From NCBI GenBank assembly GCA_009691715.1, contig SIAN01000004.1:13101-77100 (forward strand): 64,000 nt of DNA, read 5' to 3'. This DNA is from Planctomycetota bacterium (GTDB taxonomy: Bacteria; Planctomycetota; B15-G4; SIAN01). Below, piece by piece: positions 8,657 through 18,495 of this stretch. A program made the translations under genes and the position numbers. Numbering within the stretch: the stretch's first letter is position 1; every line of letters begins with the position of its first letter. Under the pieces are notes generated by a model. The model had not been told where the DNA came from. It saw nothing but the letters and a program-made list of their open reading frames with translations, and did no database searches.

Positions 8657-10389
8657 CCCAACCGCCGTTCCGGATCGAGCCGCTCGATCTTGTGCCGACG
8701 CGCCGGGTACTTGCGGTGCGTCAGGTCGTGCGCCAGCTCGACCTCGACCTGCGCGTCGCGCCCCCGACCGGTCACGCGCGTGACGCGGCCGAGCCAGCGG
8801 CCGTCAATGCGGACGAAATCGCCGCGGGCAATCTCGATGCGGACGGCAGCGTCGCGCAGGGCAGTGTCGCGCTCCGTCGCGCGCGCGGCCGTTGCCGGTG
8901 GATCCGCCGCATGGCTCGCCGCCGGCAGGTTGCGCGCCAGCCAGTCCTCGCGGTCGACGCAGTTGTCGCACGCGTCGCAGCGCGTGGCCGGCGCCGCGAT
9001 CCCAAAGTAGCGGTTGAAGAACGCGCGCCGACACTCCTTCGTGCGCACATAGTCGACGACCTTCTGCAGCCGCTCGAGATCGCGCTGCTGCTTCTCGGGC
9101 CCTAGCTCCTCGGGCTCCTCGTCCGGCGCGATCGGTCGCACCAGCCGCGCCTTCCCGCGCTCGAGATCGCCCTCGAGCAGGCCAAGCGCGGTGAGCCAGG
9201 CGAGGCAGGTGTCGATCCGGCCATCGGGACCGCCCTTGCCGGCGATGGCACGTTGCAGCGACTCGCGGTCGAAGCTCTCGCCGCGCGCCCCCCACTCGGC
9301 GAGGCGCTGCGCGACTTCGCGGAACAGTCGCCGATCGGGATTGGCGGTGCGGACGAACTGCATCTGGATCGCCAGATCGTCCGGTGAATAGAGCAGCTCG
9401 CACCAGGACGGCTGGCCGTCGCGTCCGGCGCGACCGATCTCCTGCCAGAGTTCCTCGAGACTGCCCGGCAACTGATGGTGCAGCAGGAAGCGCAGGTCCG
9501 GCTTGTCGATGCCCATGCCGAAGGCGCGCGTGGCCAGCACGCGTTGCGCACCTGGCGCCTGGAACTTCCGGTGCATCGCGCGCCGCTCGTCGCGCGAAAG
9601 ATCGCCGTGGTAGACGAGCAGGCGCTGGCCGCCGCGCAGCAGCTCGTCCTCGAGCCGGTGAAGATCGCGGATCAGCGCGCCGTAGACGATTCCCGCGCCA
9701 GGGATGCGTCGCAGCAGCGTGGCGATGCGCGCCCACTTCGCCGCTTCGTCCACCGGCTCGGTCGCGGTGAGAAAGAGGTTGTCGCGCGCGAGACCCTGGT
9801 GATCGATTCGCGGATCGCGCAGCGCGAGGCGTTCGCGGATCTCCGCCATCACCGCAGGCGTCGCAGTGGCGGTGAGCGCGATCGTCGGCGGCATGCCGAG
9901 CCGCTCGCGGATCTTGCCGACGCGGCCGTACTCGGGCCTGAAGTCGTGGCCCCATGAAGAGATGCAGTGCGCCTCGTCGACGGCGAGCAGGCCGACCCGC
10001 GTCCCGGCGATCGCGGCGAGGAACGGCTCGCTGCGAAAGCGCTCGGGCGTGACGTAGAGCAATGGCACGCGCCCGGCGGCGAACGCGGCCGCGCGCCGCT
10101 CGCGTTCGCCGCGATCGAGCATCGAGTGCAGGCAGCTCGCCTCGATGCCGCGCGCGCGCAGCGCCGCGACCTGGTCCTCCATCAACGCGATCAGCGGCGA
10201 CAGCACGAGCGTCGGCGACGCCTGGACCTGCGCGGGGAGCTGGTAGAGCAGCGACTTCCCGCTGCCGGTCGGCCAGACGACCAGCGCGTCGCCGCCGGCG
10301 AGCAGATGCTCGACGATCGGCCGTTGCCCCGGCCGGAAGCCGGGGACGCCGAAACGATCGCGAAGGGTGCGCAGCAGTCGGTCGTCCAT
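8653..10389 (-). CDS. recQ: ATP-dependent DNA helicase RecQ
   Basis: It shows a DEAD/DEAH helicase (TGSGKSL, DEAH box LAVDEAHCISSWGHDFR), a helicase C domain, and a Zn/RQC region (CRRAFF...CDACDNC). The start is taken at MDDRLLRTLRDRFG. Confidence 0.85.
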   Translation of the reverse strand: MDDRLLRTLRDRFGVPGFRPGQRPIVEHLLAGGDALVVWPTGSGKSLLYQLPAQVQASPTLVLSPLIALMEDQVAALRARGIEASCLHSMLDRGERERRAAAFAAGRVPLLYVTPERFRSEPFLAAIAGTRVGLLAVDEAHCISSWGHDFRPEYGRVGKIRERLGMPPTIALTATATPAVMAEIRERLALRDPRIDHQGLARDNLFLTATEPVDEAAKWARIATLLRRIPGAGIVYGALIRDLHRLEDELLRGGQRLLVYHGDLSRDERRAMHRKFQAPGAQRVLATRAFGMGIDKPDLRFLLHHQLPGSLEELWQEIGRAGRDGQPSWCELLYSPDDLAIQMQFVRTANPDRRLFREVAQRLAEWGARGESFDRESLQRAIAGKGGPDGRIDTCLAWLTALGLLEGDLERGKARLVRPIAPDEEPEELGPEKQQRDLERLQKVVDYVRTKECRRAFFNRYFGIAAPATRCDACDNCVDREDWLARNLPAASHAADPPATAARATERDTALRDAAVRIEIARGDFVRIDGRWLGRVTRVTGRGRDAQVEVELAHDLTHRKYPARRHKIERLDPERRLG

Positions 10390-10427
10390 CACGTCCGATA
10401 TGGTGCGGCAGCGAGGATGCCGCGTCC

Positions 10428-11450
10428 ATGAGCGAGTCAAACTACGAGATCCGTCCCTACCTCCCCGGCGACGAAGCGGGCCTCATCGAGCTCTGGAACG
10501 CGGTCTTCGGCGAAGGCGCTGCCGACTTCGCGCCGCGCACCCTCGCGCAGTGGCGCTGGCTGTGGGCCGACAACCCGATGGGCCGCCAGATCATGGTGGC
10601 GGCGGCGGAGTCGGGGCAGCTCATCGCCCACTACGGCGCGATCCCGGCGCGCATCCAGATCGGTACCGAGGTGCACGTGTCGGCGCAGATGATCGACTCG
10701 ATGGTGCACCCGGAATGGCGGCGCGGACTCCAGCGCGAAGGGGTGTTCCTGAAGACGGCGCGCACCTTCTTCGAAAAGTGGGGCCATCTGCCGGAGAACG
10801 GCGTCCACTACGGCTTCCCCAACAAGCGCGTCTACCCGATCGGACGGCGCTACCTGAAGTACTCCTCGTTCATCGAGCCGGTGCCGGTCGTCCATCGCAA
10901 CTTCTTCGAGGACGGCGACGACGACGCCGTCGGGCGCGCGCATGCCGATGCCGCGGAGGCGGTCGCGATCGAACGGTTCGGACCCGAGTTGAACGAGCTC
11001 TGGGAGCGCCTCGCCCCGGCCTACCCGTTCGCCCACGTCCGCGATCTGGCCTACCTGCGCTGGCGCTACGACGGCTGCCCCTGGCTCCCCTACCGCCGTT
11101 TCCTGATCCGCGGGCGCGGCGGCGAACTGCGCGGCTACTTCGTGCTGCGGGAGAAGTGGCAGAACCTGCCGATCCTCGCGCTGACCGACCTTTTCGTCGC
11201 GCCCGACGACGCGGCGGCGGTCGCGGTGGCGCTGCGGGCGGCAACCCGCCACGCGCGCGCCACCGGCCACGCGCGGATCGAGGGGTGGCTGCCGGAACGC
11301 CATCCGACCTTCGCGCACGCGCTCGCCGCGGGATTCCGGACCGAGCCCGGGCTCTACGTGATGTGCATGAACCTGTTCGTCCCGACGCTGTCACGCGAAC
11401 AGGCGCTGGCGCAGTGCTACTACACGATCGGCGACAGCGACGTCTGGTAG
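10428..11450 (+). CDS. GNAT-family N-acetyltransferase
   Basis: The start is the internal ATG MSESNYEIRPYLPGDEAG. It has an acetyl-CoA binding motif (QIMVAAAESGQLIAHYG...RRGLQREG). Confidence 0.65.
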   Translation: MSESNYEIRPYLPGDEAGLIELWNAVFGEGAADFAPRTLAQWRWLWADNPMGRQIMVAAAESGQLIAHYGAIPARIQIGTEVHVSAQMIDSMVHPEWRRGLQREGVFLKTARTFFEKWGHLPENGVHYGFPNKRVYPIGRRYLKYSSFIEPVPVVHRNFFEDGDDDAVGRAHADAAEAVAIERFGPELNELWERLAPAYPFAHVRDLAYLRWRYDGCPWLPYRRFLIRGRGGELRGYFVLREKWQNLPILALTDLFVAPDDAAAVAVALRAATRHARATGHARIEGWLPERHPTFAHALAAGFRTEPGLYVMCMNLFVPTLSREQALAQCYYTIGDSDVW

Positions 11451-11629
11451 CGCGGCCGGCGGAATACAGCGCGACTTGGTGCTGATTCGGTCGCACGCTC
11501 CGCGCCGCACCGCAGGCTGGAGTCGCTAAAGCTCGCCAGTATCATCCGCCGACCTTTGGCCAAAGGCGGGTGCCCCACGAGGGCGCCAGGCGAAAGAGGC
11601 TCGACTCACCAGAACGAGGAGATTCGTCC

Positions 11630-11929
11630 GTGACCTACGTCGTCGGCAAGCCGTGCGTGAAGTGCAAGTACGGGGACTGCGTCGAGGTGTGCCCCGTCGA
11701 GTGCTTCTTCGAGATGGAAGACATCCTGATCATCGAGCCGGCCACCTGCATCGACTGCAGCGCGTGCGAGCCGGTCTGCCCGCCGCAGGCGATCACCGCG
11801 GGCGATCGCGCCGACGCGGAGTACACGGCGCTGAACGCCGCGGGGCCGTTCCCCGAGGACAAGAAGCGCAACAAGAAAGACCAGGTCACCCACGGTCCGA
11901 ACTGGGACGCGGGATTGGCTGGCGGCTGA
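11630..11929 (+). CDS. fdxA: 7Fe ferredoxin ([3Fe-4S][4Fe-4S])
   Basis: A GTG start follows a GGAG SD. The N-terminus [27 protein letters not shown] is the canonical FdxA sequence, and a second cluster motif [12 protein letters not shown] is present. Confidence 0.85.
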   Translation: MTYVVGKPCVKCKYGDCVEVCPVECFFEMEDILIIEPATCIDCSACEPVCPPQAITAGDRADAEYTALNAAGPFPEDKKRNKKDQVTHGPNWDAGLAGG

Positions 11930-11998
11930 GCGCGCCTTGATCGTCGAACGATCCGACTGCGGCCTCGCGCGGGGTTCCTGCGCGGGGCCGCGCGCGTC

Positions 11999-12562
11999 TC
12001 AGCCGCGTTCGATGTCGGTCAGCAGAGCTGCGATCGCGGCGGTGAGCGGGTGCGGGAAGCAACTCGCGAGTCGTTCGTGGACGCGGCGGTAGTAGTCGAG
12101 CGTCGGCTCGCGGCCGCGGCGGAAGAGCCTCCAGACCTCGGCGCCATTCGTTGCCAGCAGTTGGCGCAGATCCGCGAGGTTGTGGACCTTGTCAGCGGCG
12201 GTCACGGCGCGTGCGCCAAGGCTCATCGAGCAGATCGCGTCGATCGTGTGCTGTTTGCGTTGCTCCCACGTGAGCGACTTTTCCTCGCTCACCTCGGCCA
12301 CCAGCGCCGCGACCGTCGAGCCGAGCAGAGTGGCGATCTCCGGCAGCCCGATCCCGCTGTCCTCCACCACGTCGTGGAGGATGCCGGCGGCGACCACGTC
12401 GACCTCGAAGCCGTGCCGCGCCAGCAGCACGCCGACGTGCAGCGGGTGAACGACGTAGGGCACTCCCGCCTGGCCTTTCCGTTCCTGACCGGCGTGAGCG
12501 CGCAGCGCCAGCGCGATCGCCAAGTCGAGACGCGGATCGCAGCCGTCAGGAAAGATCGTCAT
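11999..12562 (-). CDS. HD-domain phosphohydrolase (RelA/SpoT-HD-like)
   Basis: It contains the HD motifs LRAHAGQERK, HPLHVG and ILHDVVED. The start is at MTIFPDG. Confidence 0.7.
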   Translation of the reverse strand: MTIFPDGCDPRLDLAIALALRAHAGQERKGQAGVPYVVHPLHVGVLLARHGFEVDVVAAGILHDVVEDSGIGLPEIATLLGSTVAALVAEVSEEKSLTWEQRKQHTIDAICSMSLGARAVTAADKVHNLADLRQLLATNGAEVWRLFRRGREPTLDYYRRVHERLASCFPHPLTAAIAALLTDIERG

Positions 12563-12575
12563 CGCGGTTCGCCGG

Positions 12576-13421
12576 TCAGATCGTGACGCCGAAAACGCCC
12601 TTGAGACCGAAGGCTGCGACGATGGTGAGCACCACGAAGACGAGGACCAGGCCGGCCTCGCTGCCGAAGCTGAGATCGAGCCCAAAGCAGGGGAGCGGCC
12701 GGACTGGATACGACGTGAGTGCGATCTTCTGGAACCGCGAATCGGCGCCGAACGAGTTCTCACCGGGGTAGAGCAGCTGGTCGAGGAAGCCGTTCGAGCG
12801 GACCGGCGCGACCATCGGCGTGCCGGGAAGCGGGCCGACGTGGATCAGCTTCGTGACCGTCTCGCCGCCGCTGGTGAACTTCAGCGTGTGGACGCCCGGC
12901 AAGGTGGCCGCCAGCTTGAACGCCACATGGCCGCGTGCCGGCAGATGCACGACCCGGGAGCGCAGCTCAAGCCCGGGCGGCAGCTCGACGGCGGTGTCGG
13001 CGCCATCGCCCTTCGCGAGATCGAGCTCGGCGCGAACATCAACCACTGCGCCAACGTCGAGGGGCCGGATCCCCAGTCGCATCTGCATCTGCGCGAACAG
13101 CAGCACGAACGGGATCAGCATCACGAACATCGGCTTGAACTGCTCGCCGACGTAGCCGCAGAGCCAACCAAGAGTCTTGCCGAGCGAGCTGAAGACGACG
13201 CCGATGCTGTCACGGAAGAGCAGGATCGCGATGATGTTGCCCATGCAGCGATCCTTGAAGACCGCGACACGCTTCGCATTGGTGGTCCACTTCATCGCCA
13301 GCAGGGCCATCACGCCGAACAGCGCGCCGAGCACCAGCAAGCCGACCCACTCCGGCAGCGCCGCGAACGGCGCCCAGATCAGGTCGAACACCACCGCCAT
13401 CGCCGAATTGACCGCGTCCAT
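12576..13421 (-). CDS. Hypothetical membrane protein
   Basis: It has hydrophobic helices at both termini with a central soluble region. It lies in an operon-like arrangement downstream of the RHH gene. No recognisable family was found. Confidence 0.4.
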   Translation of the reverse strand: MDAVNSAMAVVFDLIWAPFAALPEWVGLLVLGALFGVMALLAMKWTTNAKRVAVFKDRCMGNIIAILLFRDSIGVVFSSLGKTLGWLCGYVGEQFKPMFVMLIPFVLLFAQMQMRLGIRPLDVGAVVDVRAELDLAKGDGADTAVELPPGLELRSRVVHLPARGHVAFKLAATLPGVHTLKFTSGGETVTKLIHVGPLPGTPMVAPVRSNGFLDQLLYPGENSFGADSRFQKIALTSYPVRPLPCFGLDLSFGSEAGLVLVFVVLTIVAAFGLKGVFGVTI

Positions 13422-13463
13422 CTCGCTTCGCACTCCGCGCAACGTGTCGCACCAAGCGTCCGC

Positions 13464-13667
13464 TCAGGAGATGTAGCCGAGCCCGCGCAGCTTCTCGCGC
13501 ATCTTCTCGGGGTCCTCGGTCCCGCCGGTGTCCATCGATGCCAGCTCGCGCTCGAGGATGTGGTTCACGAACTCGTCGAGCGAGCTGTAGCCCGCCGCCT
13601 CGGCGAACTTCTTCAGTTTCTCGAACACGTCCTTCTCGAGCTTGATCTTGTTGCCGCCGAACATGTC
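13464..13667 (-). CDS. Ribbon-helix-helix (CopG-like) small DNA-binding protein
   Basis: The 67-aa sequence MFGGNKIKLEKDVFEKLKKFAEAAGYSSLDEFVNHILEREL follows the RHH beta-alpha-alpha pattern. The C-terminus ...KLRGLGYIS is shared with the paralog at 20329..20589. Confidence 0.5.
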   Translation of the reverse strand, partial: DMFGGNKIKLEKDVFEKLKKFAEAAGYSSLDEFVNHILERELASMDTGGTEDPEKMREKLRGLGYIS

Positions 13668-13753
13668 TTGTCTCCATCGAGGCCGACCTCGCGCGGTGCG
13701 CGCGGCCGGAAGTGGTTGTGGGTGTCGCGAGGTCGTCGCCCCGCCATCGCTGC

Positions 13754-15685
13754 TCAGTAGAGGCTCTTGCCGCGCATGTCGGCCGTCGGCTTGACGCTGA
13801 AGTGATCGAGCAGGGTCGCCGTCACGTCGTAGAGGCACGGTTCAGTCGGCGACAGCTTGCGGCTCGACAAGAAGACGCCAGGGACGACTTCGGGCGCCAT
13901 CAAGTGGTTGCCGCTCCAGCGCAGTTTGTTGTCCTCGACGATCGGATCCTTGGGCTGCACCTGACCGAGCGCGGCGGTGTCGGACGCGCCGTATCCGCGG
14001 TCGTATCCGACCACGAGATCGGGTGCATGCTCGAGCTGTCCGCCGTGATAGGCCTCCTCGCGGAGGTCGACCCGGCGCACGACCTTCGCGCCGGTCTTCG
14101 GATCAACCAGCGCGAGCAGCTTGCCGCGGATCTCCGTGAGCAGCGCTAGGCGCTCCCCCTGAACGACGGAGCCTTCCTTCTCCCGCCCCTTCAGGTTCAC
14201 GTAGATGCCGTTGAAGCCCACGGCATAGGCACGGGTGGTGGCGCGGTCGATGCCGCCCTTCTCTGCGAGGGAGTAGACGCCTCGTGGACTCGCGGCCGCC
14301 TCCGCTGTGACCTGGAGATACCCCTCCTGCAACAGCCAGTTATTGAGGTTCACCTTGCGCAGGAACGGTGAGAAGCCGTGATCGGAGAGCACGACCAGCT
14401 CGGTCTCCATTCCGATCTTCTCGCGCAGGTGGCCGAGCGCCTGGTCCATCAGGACATAGGAGTCCTCGATCGACTTCGAGTACTTCGTCGCCAAGACCTC
14501 GTCGCGCGCCGGATGGCCGGGCTCGATGTGGCGCCACATCATGTGGCTGCGCAGATCGATGGTGGAGAAATAGAAGAACAGCAGCCCGCGGTCGAAGCGC
14601 TGCACCGCGTAGTCGAGCATCTTCATCCGCTCGTGATGGATGTCGTCGCAGTTCGAGATGAACTCGCGGTCGTCGAGCGTCCCTTCATCGAGCGCCTTGG
14701 TCTCTTCGGCCAGACCCTGGGTGTAGAACGGCCCGATCGCCTCGGCGAGATCGATCACCGCGGCGTCGTCCGGCGTCGAGATCGACATGCATGGGTTGCG
14801 CGGATCGATGTTGACCGGTGAGCAGTAGAGGCGCAGCTCCGGGTGCACCTGCTGCAGATAGAATTTCACCATGCCGTTCATCGATTCGGTGTAGAGCGGC
14901 AGGAAGGTCTCGAGCTCGAACGAGCAGGCGAGCCACTCGCTCCACTGCCCTTCTTCGAGCAGGCACGACTCGCCGTCCGCGATCTCGATCTCGACGATCG
15001 GCTGGTCGGGATCGATGAAGACCGAGAACGCACACTCGCTCTGCGGCACGACGTTCTTGCCCTCCGGCGGCGAAGCATGCGGGCTCGCCGGGCCGAAGAG
15101 CGTGGCGTCGACGCGCCCCTTCAGGTTCCTCACCTTGCTCCACTTGCCGCCGTGGATCTTGTCGAAGTTGTCCGGCACGTCGGTCGTGTAGTAGACGTAC
15201 ATGCCGTCGATGCCGCCCTGCAGGTCGGGCGTGCCCATGTCGGAAAGCGTCAACTGCTCGCTCGGCTGGATCGGGTAGGCCGCCGGCATCCGGTAGACCT
15301 CGCACTTCACGCCTGTCTCGCCGAGCAGATCCCAGAACGGCCGGCGCTCCTCCATCGCTCCCGACGAGCTGACCGGCAGGTAGGTCTGCGGATCGCGGTG
15401 CAGGAAGTCGAACACGCCGTGGCCGCCCGGATCCATGCCGGTGATGAAGTTCGACCAGGCGACCGGCGACTGCGGCGGGTTGCTGGTGCAAAGCGGCACG
15501 AAGGTGCCGGCATCCGCCAACGCCTTGAAGTTCGGCATCCGGCCGGCGTCCATGTACTCGCGCAGCAGGTTCGGATCCATCCCGTCGATGCCGACCACGA
15601 CCAGCTTTCTGCCGTCCTGTGCGACCGTTTCGCTGCACGAAACGAACGAGAGCGCAGCGGTCGCGGCCGTCGCAGCCGCCAGCAT
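13754..15685 (-). CDS. Alkaline-phosphatase-superfamily phosphodiesterase (type I phosphodiesterase/nucleotide pyrophosphatase-like), paralog 1
   Basis: It has VVGIDGMDP, TSNPPQSPVAWS and SDHGF motifs, and a lipoprotein-like N-terminus (MLAAATAATAALSFVSC). It is paralogous to 15747..17930 and 21664..24168. Confidence 0.7.
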   Translation of the reverse strand: MLAAATAATAALSFVSCSETVAQDGRKLVVVGIDGMDPNLLREYMDAGRMPNFKALADAGTFVPLCTSNPPQSPVAWSNFITGMDPGGHGVFDFLHRDPQTYLPVSSSGAMEERRPFWDLLGETGVKCEVYRMPAAYPIQPSEQLTLSDMGTPDLQGGIDGMYVYYTTDVPDNFDKIHGGKWSKVRNLKGRVDATLFGPASPHASPPEGKNVVPQSECAFSVFIDPDQPIVEIEIADGESCLLEEGQWSEWLACSFELETFLPLYTESMNGMVKFYLQQVHPELRLYCSPVNIDPRNPCMSISTPDDAAVIDLAEAIGPFYTQGLAEETKALDEGTLDDREFISNCDDIHHERMKMLDYAVQRFDRGLLFFYFSTIDLRSHMMWRHIEPGHPARDEVLATKYSKSIEDSYVLMDQALGHLREKIGMETELVVLSDHGFSPFLRKVNLNNWLLQEGYLQVTAEAAASPRGVYSLAEKGGIDRATTRAYAVGFNGIYVNLKGREKEGSVVQGERLALLTEIRGKLLALVDPKTGAKVVRRVDLREEAYHGGQLEHAPDLVVGYDRGYGASDTAALGQVQPKDPIVEDNKLRWSGNHLMAPEVVPGVFLSSRKLSPTEPCLYDVTATLLDHFSVKPTADMRGKSLY

Positions 15686-15746
15686 CGCCAGTCGAAGATC
15701 TCGCGAGTTCACCGATCCGTCTCCGATCACCGTTCCGTCTCCAATT

Positions 15747-17930
15747 TCAGCGGGCGGCAGGAGCCGGAACACGTTTCCGCGGCGCCGCGGCAGCAGGCGC
15801 ACCACCCGGCGGCGAACTGCGCTCGCCGAAGAGGCGCTGCCCTTGCATGTAGGTCGGCGGCTTAATCCCAAACAAGTCGAGCACGGTCGGCGCGAGGTCG
15901 AGGATGTTCGGCGTCGCGGTGTTGATCTTGCGGTTGCAGAAGAAGACGCCCGGCACGATGCGCGGGTCCATGCAGTGATCGCCGCTCCAGCTCTTGGTGT
16001 TGTCGCTGAAGACGTTCTCGCTGGTGCAGCCGACCGCGCAGTCCCACGAGTGGCGATAGCCCGCCTCGTAGCCGATCAACAGGTCGGGCGCCTCGTAGCT
16101 ATAGGGCCCGGCGAAGTTGGCCTGCGTGTCGAACACCTCGCGGATCGCGCGAATGCCGTCTCGCTTGCTGTCGAGAAGGTGGCGCAGCTTGTCGGCGATC
16201 TCGTTCTTCAGGCGGTGGAGCTCGTCGCCGTCATCGACGATGCCCTTCACCTCGCGGCCCTTGCGATTGATGAAGACGCCAGTGAGGCCCATCGAGAACG
16301 CCTTGGTCTTGCTCCAGTCGACGCCTTCGAACCAGTCACCGCCGGTTCGCTTGCCGTCCTTCAAGACGAGATAGCCCTCGTCACGCAGCCACGCATTCAA
16401 GTTGACGCCGCGCTGGAACTGCTTGAAGCCGTGGTCCGACATCACCACGAACACCGTGTTCTTGTCGGCGCACTTCGCGCGCGCGCGTCCGACGAACTCG
16501 TCGCACCAGCGGTAGACGTCCTCGACCGCGTTCTTGTGCAGCACCGTGTCCTTGCCGACGTTCGCCGGGTGCTTCGGGTCGAGGTAGCGGAAGAACATGT
16601 GCTGGATGCGGTCGGTCGTGTCGAAGACCGTCGTGATGAAGCCGTTCTTGGTCTTCGCCACGGCGTCCCAGAACATCGCCTCGCGTTCCTGTCCGTAAAG
16701 GTACGCCTGCTTCAGGAACGCCGCTTCGTCGATGCGCCGTTCGTTCAGCGCCCAGGTGTCCTCGGCGAGGCCAAGCGTGCCGAACGGGCCGATGATCTTG
16801 GCGAGGTAGGCCGAATAGACCTGCGGCTCGCTGATCGGGAGGATCGGATTGGCCGGATCGATGTGGACCGGCGTGACGTAGAGCTCGACCTCGGGATCAG
16901 CCTTCTGCAGATAGAAGCGGGCGATGCCGTTCATGCCCGGAAAATCGACGCGCAGCCACGGCGAGTAGTCGCCGAGCTTGAGCTCGACCGTCTCGCGCCC
17001 GATCTTGAGCTTCGCGCCCTTGCGATCCGCGGCGAGCGTCAGCTTGAACGGGCAGGAGAGCTTCTGACTGCCGATCGACGGACCTTCGATCGCTGCCTCG
17101 ATCACGTCGCCGACGCGGCGCACCTCGGTCTCGGTGCCGCCGGCGTTTTCGGCACCCATCCCGGCCGTCTCGTCCTGGATGCGGCCGCTCAACTTCGTGG
17201 TGAAGAACGAAAAGCTGCCCTGCGAGCCCTTCAAGTCGGGCACACACATGCCGGAGAGCAGCACGCCGTTCTTGAACTTCTCCGGCGGGAAGGTGATCGG
17301 CACGCGCTGGATCGCGCTGCTCACCCAGTTGTCGCCGAGGATCTTCCAGAACGGCTGGCTGCGTCGCAGCATGCGATAGAACGACTTGTGGAAGGTCTTC
17401 TTGAAGATGCCGAAGCCGAAGGTCGTCTCGCTCTCCGCGATCTTGGCCGACGACAGGACCGGCATGTAGGTGCAGACGTCGCGCGTGATGAAATCGAAGA
17501 TCCCATGCTTGCCGGGATCGACGCCGGTCATGAAGCTCGACCACGCGACCGGCGACATCGACGGCGTCGCCGTCGTCAGCGGCAGGAAGATCCCGTCGTC
17601 GGCGAGACGCTTCAGGTTCGGCAGCTTGCCCTCGGCCATGAAGCGGTTCGCGAGCTCCGGATCCATGCCGTCCATGCCGACGATCACGACCCGCTTCGCC
17701 TTCTGCCGCGAGCGCCGGTCCGCCGTCTTGAACCAGCGGATCGTCATGCGCACCGGCAGGATCAAGAGCGCGCCGAACGCCGCCAGCAGCGCGAACGCCA
17801 CGACGAACACGGCACCGGCGGCCGCAATGCCCGCGCCCGGCCCGATGTAGCCGTAGGCCGTAGTCGGCCCGAAGCAGACCACCGCGAACAGGGTGGCAGC
17901 GATCAGTCGGAGCTTCAGCGAACGGGCCAT
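15747..17930 (-). CDS. Alkaline-phosphatase-superfamily phosphodiesterase, paralog 2 (N-terminal TM anchor)
   Basis: It has VIVGMDGMDP, TTATPSMSPVAWS and SDHGF motifs. The N-terminus has a signal/TM segment containing AYGYIGPGAGI. The start was verified at MARSLKL. Confidence 0.7.
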   Translation of the reverse strand: MARSLKLRLIAATLFAVVCFGPTTAYGYIGPGAGIAAAGAVFVVAFALLAAFGALLILPVRMTIRWFKTADRRSRQKAKRVVIVGMDGMDPELANRFMAEGKLPNLKRLADDGIFLPLTTATPSMSPVAWSSFMTGVDPGKHGIFDFITRDVCTYMPVLSSAKIAESETTFGFGIFKKTFHKSFYRMLRRSQPFWKILGDNWVSSAIQRVPITFPPEKFKNGVLLSGMCVPDLKGSQGSFSFFTTKLSGRIQDETAGMGAENAGGTETEVRRVGDVIEAAIEGPSIGSQKLSCPFKLTLAADRKGAKLKIGRETVELKLGDYSPWLRVDFPGMNGIARFYLQKADPEVELYVTPVHIDPANPILPISEPQVYSAYLAKIIGPFGTLGLAEDTWALNERRIDEAAFLKQAYLYGQEREAMFWDAVAKTKNGFITTVFDTTDRIQHMFFRYLDPKHPANVGKDTVLHKNAVEDVYRWCDEFVGRARAKCADKNTVFVVMSDHGFKQFQRGVNLNAWLRDEGYLVLKDGKRTGGDWFEGVDWSKTKAFSMGLTGVFINRKGREVKGIVDDGDELHRLKNEIADKLRHLLDSKRDGIRAIREVFDTQANFAGPYSYEAPDLLIGYEAGYRHSWDCAVGCTSENVFSDNTKSWSGDHCMDPRIVPGVFFCNRKINTATPNILDLAPTVLDLFGIKPPTYMQGQRLFGERSSPPGGAPAAAAPRKRVPAPAAR

Positions 17931-18086
17931 GCATTCCTCGGCGGGCCTTCGATGCCAACGAAACAAGCGGCGGCGCCGGCCGGCGCGAGCCGCAGGAACG
18001 TGGAAGCAGCGATCGTCGGAACAGTGAACGTCAGATTCAACCCTCGGGCTTGAGCCCCCTGCGGCCGGTGGCGAAGCGACACCGCG

Positions 18087-18476
18087 TCAGCGGGCCGTAC
18101 CGTCCACCCGACGCGCGCCTCGATCCGGAAAAGTCGGCCGGAAGCAGCACTCGAAGACGAACACCATGGCGATCGCGGCCGCCACGGCACCCACAAGCGC
18201 CCCGTGCTCGGTGAGCCATTGGACGAGGGTCTCATCCCAGGTTGGGGTGCGGATCCCGATGCCCGGTGGGATGTAGGCCTGCGCTTGCGGCGCCCCCAGC
18301 GACGCGGCCCCGGCGACGCACAACAGCCACAGAGCCTGCAACCGACGCCGCCGCGGGCCATGCGACGGAAACGGAAGCGGCGGGGCGTTCGGTCGCGCGA
18401 TGAACGGCATGACCTGGCTCCTTGGCGCCCCGGCCGGCGCAGACGGCTTCGACGGAGTCGCCGTCGAGCCGTCCAC
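18087..18476 (-). CDS. Possible small membrane protein resembling the N-terminal module of phosphodiesterase paralog 2
   Basis: It contains AQAYIPPGIGI followed by a TM helix and a basic tail, the same architecture as the first 80 aa of 15747..17930. It could be a remnant or leader-like ORF. This call is weak. Confidence 0.2.
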   Translation of the reverse strand: MDGSTATPSKPSAPAGAPRSQVMPFIARPNAPPLPFPSHGPRRRRLQALWLLCVAGAASLGAPQAQAYIPPGIGIRTPTWDETLVQWLTEHGALVGAVAAAIAMVFVFECCFRPTFPDRGARRVDGTAR

Positions 18477-18495
18477 GTCAGCGAGTCCGAGCGGG

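Noticed and set aside
11930-11998. Possible bidirectional terminator between convergent fdxA and the HD-hydrolase gene
   Set aside because: It has GC-rich imperfect inverted repeats (CGCGCGG...CCGCGCG) with a long loop and no U-tract. This is too ambiguous to call as a feature.
15435-18053. 872-aa + strand ORF antisense to the two tandem phosphodiesterase genes
   Set aside because: It has no recognisable motifs and an Arg/Asp/Val-rich composition. The minus strand carries clear AlkP-family catalytic blocks in frame.
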